A program made the translations under genes and the position numbers. From IMG/VR virus record IMGVR_UViG_3300045988_015852: a stretch of 6,216 bases of DNA; one strand, 5' to 3'. This stretch comes from a virus. The notes below the pieces were generated by a model. The model saw only the letters and a list, made by a program, of their open reading frames with translations. It had not been told where the DNA came from and searched no databases. This document shows, piece after piece, positions 4,124-6,216 of the stretch (its first letter is position 1; each line of letters starts with the position of its first letter).

Positions 4124-5944
4124 ATGAAATTTTCTCCTGAGTTACTGAAAGCGACTGCCTGTTGCCAGCATCGTTCGTTTATTACTAATCGTTACAACGG
4201 TGCACGTATTGCCGTGGATTGTGGCCAATGCGATTATTGTATCCATAAGCGTGCTCAGAAAGCGTCCATGCGTGTGAAGACCGCTGGAAGTGCCTTTAAG
4301 TATTCTTATTTTGTAACTCTTACGTATGACAACGAACATATTCCTCTTATGAATTGTAAGGTTCTCCACAGTGAATATGAGGACGTTGTAGGTATCTCAG
4401 GAGATATTCATTTTGGTGATGAATATCATAAATATATCCCTGTTTCCGAGTATCGATGTGATGATAACTCCATGCTGCGTCATATTTTCTTCGAACAGGT
4501 TCAAGGCACTGTGCCGTATGACCGTGAAATTAAGGAATATGTACCTGTTAAAGATAATTGGTTTCTTAGTATGGATGCTATTCGTAGTTTTATCTATAAA
4601 ACGCAGTCCGTGGAGAATACGGTATATCCCGCTGCTGAACAATACGGTCTTGGTAACCTTATTCCCTTTTTAAATTATGTTGATGTTCAGAATTATATCA
4701 AACGTTTACGTAAACATTTGTTTCAAAAATTAGGCTCTTATGAAACGTTACATTTCTACGCTGTGGGTGAGTACGGACCCGTGCATTTCCGCCCGCATTA
4801 TCATCTCTTATTATTCACAAACTCGGAAGAAGTCTCCGAGGTTTTACGATACTGTCACGATAAGAGTTGGAGGCTCGGTCGTTCAGATTTCCAACGTGCC
4901 GCTGGTGGAGCTGGTTCGTACGTTGCGAGTTACGTTAACAGCTTGTGCTCTGCTCCCCTCTTATATCGCTCATGCCACGCGTTTAAGCCCAGGTCGCGAG
5001 CATCTGTCGGATTCTTTGAGAAAGGCTGCGATTTCGTGGAAAACGATGATCCTTATGCGCAAATTGAACAAAAAATCGATTCTGTCGTTAACGGACGAGT
5101 CTATAACTTCAATGGTATCAGTGTTCGGTCAACTCCGCCCCTGTCGTATATCCGTACCTTACTCCCCCGATTCTCGTCTGCTCGCAATGACGATGTTGTT
5201 GCGATTGCTCGAATTCTTTGCGCTGTACATTCAACGCCAAAGAGAATTGCGAGATTCGGATTTGTTGACTACAAACAGGATTCAATCTTGAGTCTTGTCC
5301 GCACTTATTATCAATATCTTAAGGCCAATTCTATTCTTACTGATGATGACAAGATTATATTACATGCTTCTCGGTGTCTTACTAGGTTTGTTAACTGTTC
5401 TAGTGATGTCGATATTGAATCTTATATTAATAAGCTATATCGGCTGTTCTTATATGTCTATAAGTTCTTCCGGAATTGGCATTTGCCTCTCTTCGGCTCT
5501 GATATTAGTGCTTACTCCGGTCGTATTATGTTTATCATTAAAACAGGTATAGAATATGAGAAGAAAACGGATTATGTACGAATGTGTGATTCGTTGCGAA
5601 TACAACAGACTTTGCCAGCCCCTATGCTTCGGTATTTCTATTTACCAGCCGAAGGATGCGAAATGGCAACCATTGGTATCGGTGAGGACGGAGAATATGC
5701 AGACGGATTTATTCGTCCCGTTAAAGAACAAATACGAGTTCCGTTTGATGACCCCAGAATCCCACCTCTCGCGTCTTGTAATTACATCAAATCTGCGAAG
5801 CCCGATACAAGAAGTGCCTATGATAGTGGGCAAAGTAGCGACTTACAAAAATGTCTTGATTTCCGTGCTGCTACCTTCTGTCGTGATATGATTAAGCATA
5901 AGAAGCTTAATGATGCTAATAATATTTTCAACCGTATGGTTTAA
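4124..5944 (+). CDS. VP4: Rolling-circle replication initiator, HUH endonuclease (VP4; phiX174 gpA family)
   Basis: Motif 1 is FVTLTY (aa 63-68). The HUH motif is H-Y-H-LLLF (aa 225-227, nt 4796-4804). The two-tyrosine motif YVASYVNS (Y266/Y270, nt 4919-4933) is nearly identical to phiX174 gpA YVAKYVNK. The N-terminal cysteine cluster CGQCDYC is typical of microvirus Rep proteins. Confidence 0.95.
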   Translation: MKFSPELLKATACCQHRSFITNRYNGARIAVDCGQCDYCIHKRAQKASMRVKTAGSAFKYSYFVTLTYDNEHIPLMNCKVLHSEYEDVVGISGDIHFGDEYHKYIPVSEYRCDDNSMLRHIFFEQVQGTVPYDREIKEYVPVKDNWFLSMDAIRSFIYKTQSVENTVYPAAEQYGLGNLIPFLNYVDVQNYIKRLRKHLFQKLGSYETLHFYAVGEYGPVHFRPHYHLLLFTNSEEVSEVLRYCHDKSWRLGRSDFQRAAGGAGSYVASYVNSLCSAPLLYRSCHAFKPRSRASVGFFEKGCDFVENDDPYAQIEQKIDSVVNGRVYNFNGISVRSTPPLSYIRTLLPRFSSARNDDVVAIARILCAVHSTPKRIARFGFVDYKQDSILSLVRTYYQYLKANSILTDDDKIILHASRCLTRFVNCSSDVDIESYINKLYRLFLYVYKFFRNWHLPLFGSDISAYSGRIMFIIKTGIEYEKKTDYVRMCDSLRIQQTLPAPMLRYFYLPAEGCEMATIGIGEDGEYADGFIRPVKEQIRVPFDDPRIPPLASCNYIKSAKPDTRSAYDSGQSSDLQKCLDFRAATFCRDMIKHKKLNDANNIFNRMV

Positions 5945-5962
5945 TTTAAATATTAATTAATT

Positions 5963-6216
5963 ATGAGTGATTTTAATCCTTTGGACCGTGCTAAGATTCC
6001 TACCCATCGGTCTTCTTTCGACTTAAGTTCGAAAAAATTGTTTACAGCTAAAGTAGGTGAAATTCTTCCTTGCTATTGGCAGATTGCTATTCCCGATACG
6101 AAGTATCGTATTTCCTCTGACTGGTTTACCCGTACTGTTCCGGTTAATACGGCTGCTTATACTCGTATTAAGGAGTATTATGACTTCTACGCTGTGCCGT
6201 TACGTTTGATTTCTCG
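5963..6216 (+). CDS. VP1: Major capsid protein VP1, N-terminal part, running off the window end and continuing at 1..1551
   Basis: The ATG at 5963 lies 18 nt after the Rep stop. Translation: MSDFNPLDRAKIPTHRSSFDLSSKKLFTAKVGEILPCYWQIAIPDTKYRISSDWFTRTVPVNTAAYTRIKEYYDFYAVPLRLIS. The last 77 nt duplicate 1..77. Confidence 0.93.
   Translation, partial: MSDFNPLDRAKIPTHRSSFDLSSKKLFTAKVGEILPCYWQIAIPDTKYRISSDWFTRTVPVNTAAYTRIKEYYDFYAVPLRLIS
6140..6216. repeat. Terminal redundancy of a circular assembly, identical to 1..77
   Basis: Exact 77-nt identity with the window start. Confidence 0.97.

Noticed and set aside
1-6216. Search for integrase, transposase, CRISPR repeats, rRNA/tRNA genes and toxin-antitoxin or defence-system genes
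   Set aside because: None found. All sizeable ORFs are accounted for by microvirus core genes or small accessory ORFs. The only repeats are the 77-nt assembly overlap and the short motifs in the non-coding island.

Overview
The window is one complete circular ssDNA microvirus genome (family Microviridae), linearised inside its major capsid gene. Bases 1..77 are identical to 6140..6216, so the unit length is 6139 nt. The capsid gene starts at 5963 and continues in frame into 1..1551. All credible genes are on the + strand, tightly packed, and show a strong preference for T at third codon positions. In order they are VP1 major capsid, a 146-aa acidic protein, the VP2 pilot/minor capsid protein, a 403-nt non-coding region, a 64-aa orphan ORF, a 27-aa hydrophobic micro-ORF, a 102-aa peptidase M15-type cell-wall hydrolase, and a 606-aa HUH rolling-circle Rep (VP4). 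Several features suggest an Alpavirinae-like phage of a Bacteroidota host: genome size, a large Rep, the capsid N-terminal motifs, no Shine-Dalgarno sequences, and a Bacteroides-type TTTG / TAnnTTTG promoter. That assignment rests on memory and inference, not a search. Two things deserve follow-up. (1) A roughly 290-nt GC-rich island (about 3150..3445) is densely self-complementary and does not look coding. It also carries TATACAC(C/T)C repeats and a 28-bp 11-6-11 dif-like layout. It could be a complementary-strand origin, a terminator, a structured RNA or an attP-like site. (2) A putative enzymatic lysis module is unusual for a microvirus: a compact M15 peptidase with no signal peptide, start/stop-overlapped with an upstream 27-aa single-TM micro-ORF. 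No tRNA, rRNA, CRISPR array, integrase or transposase is visible.
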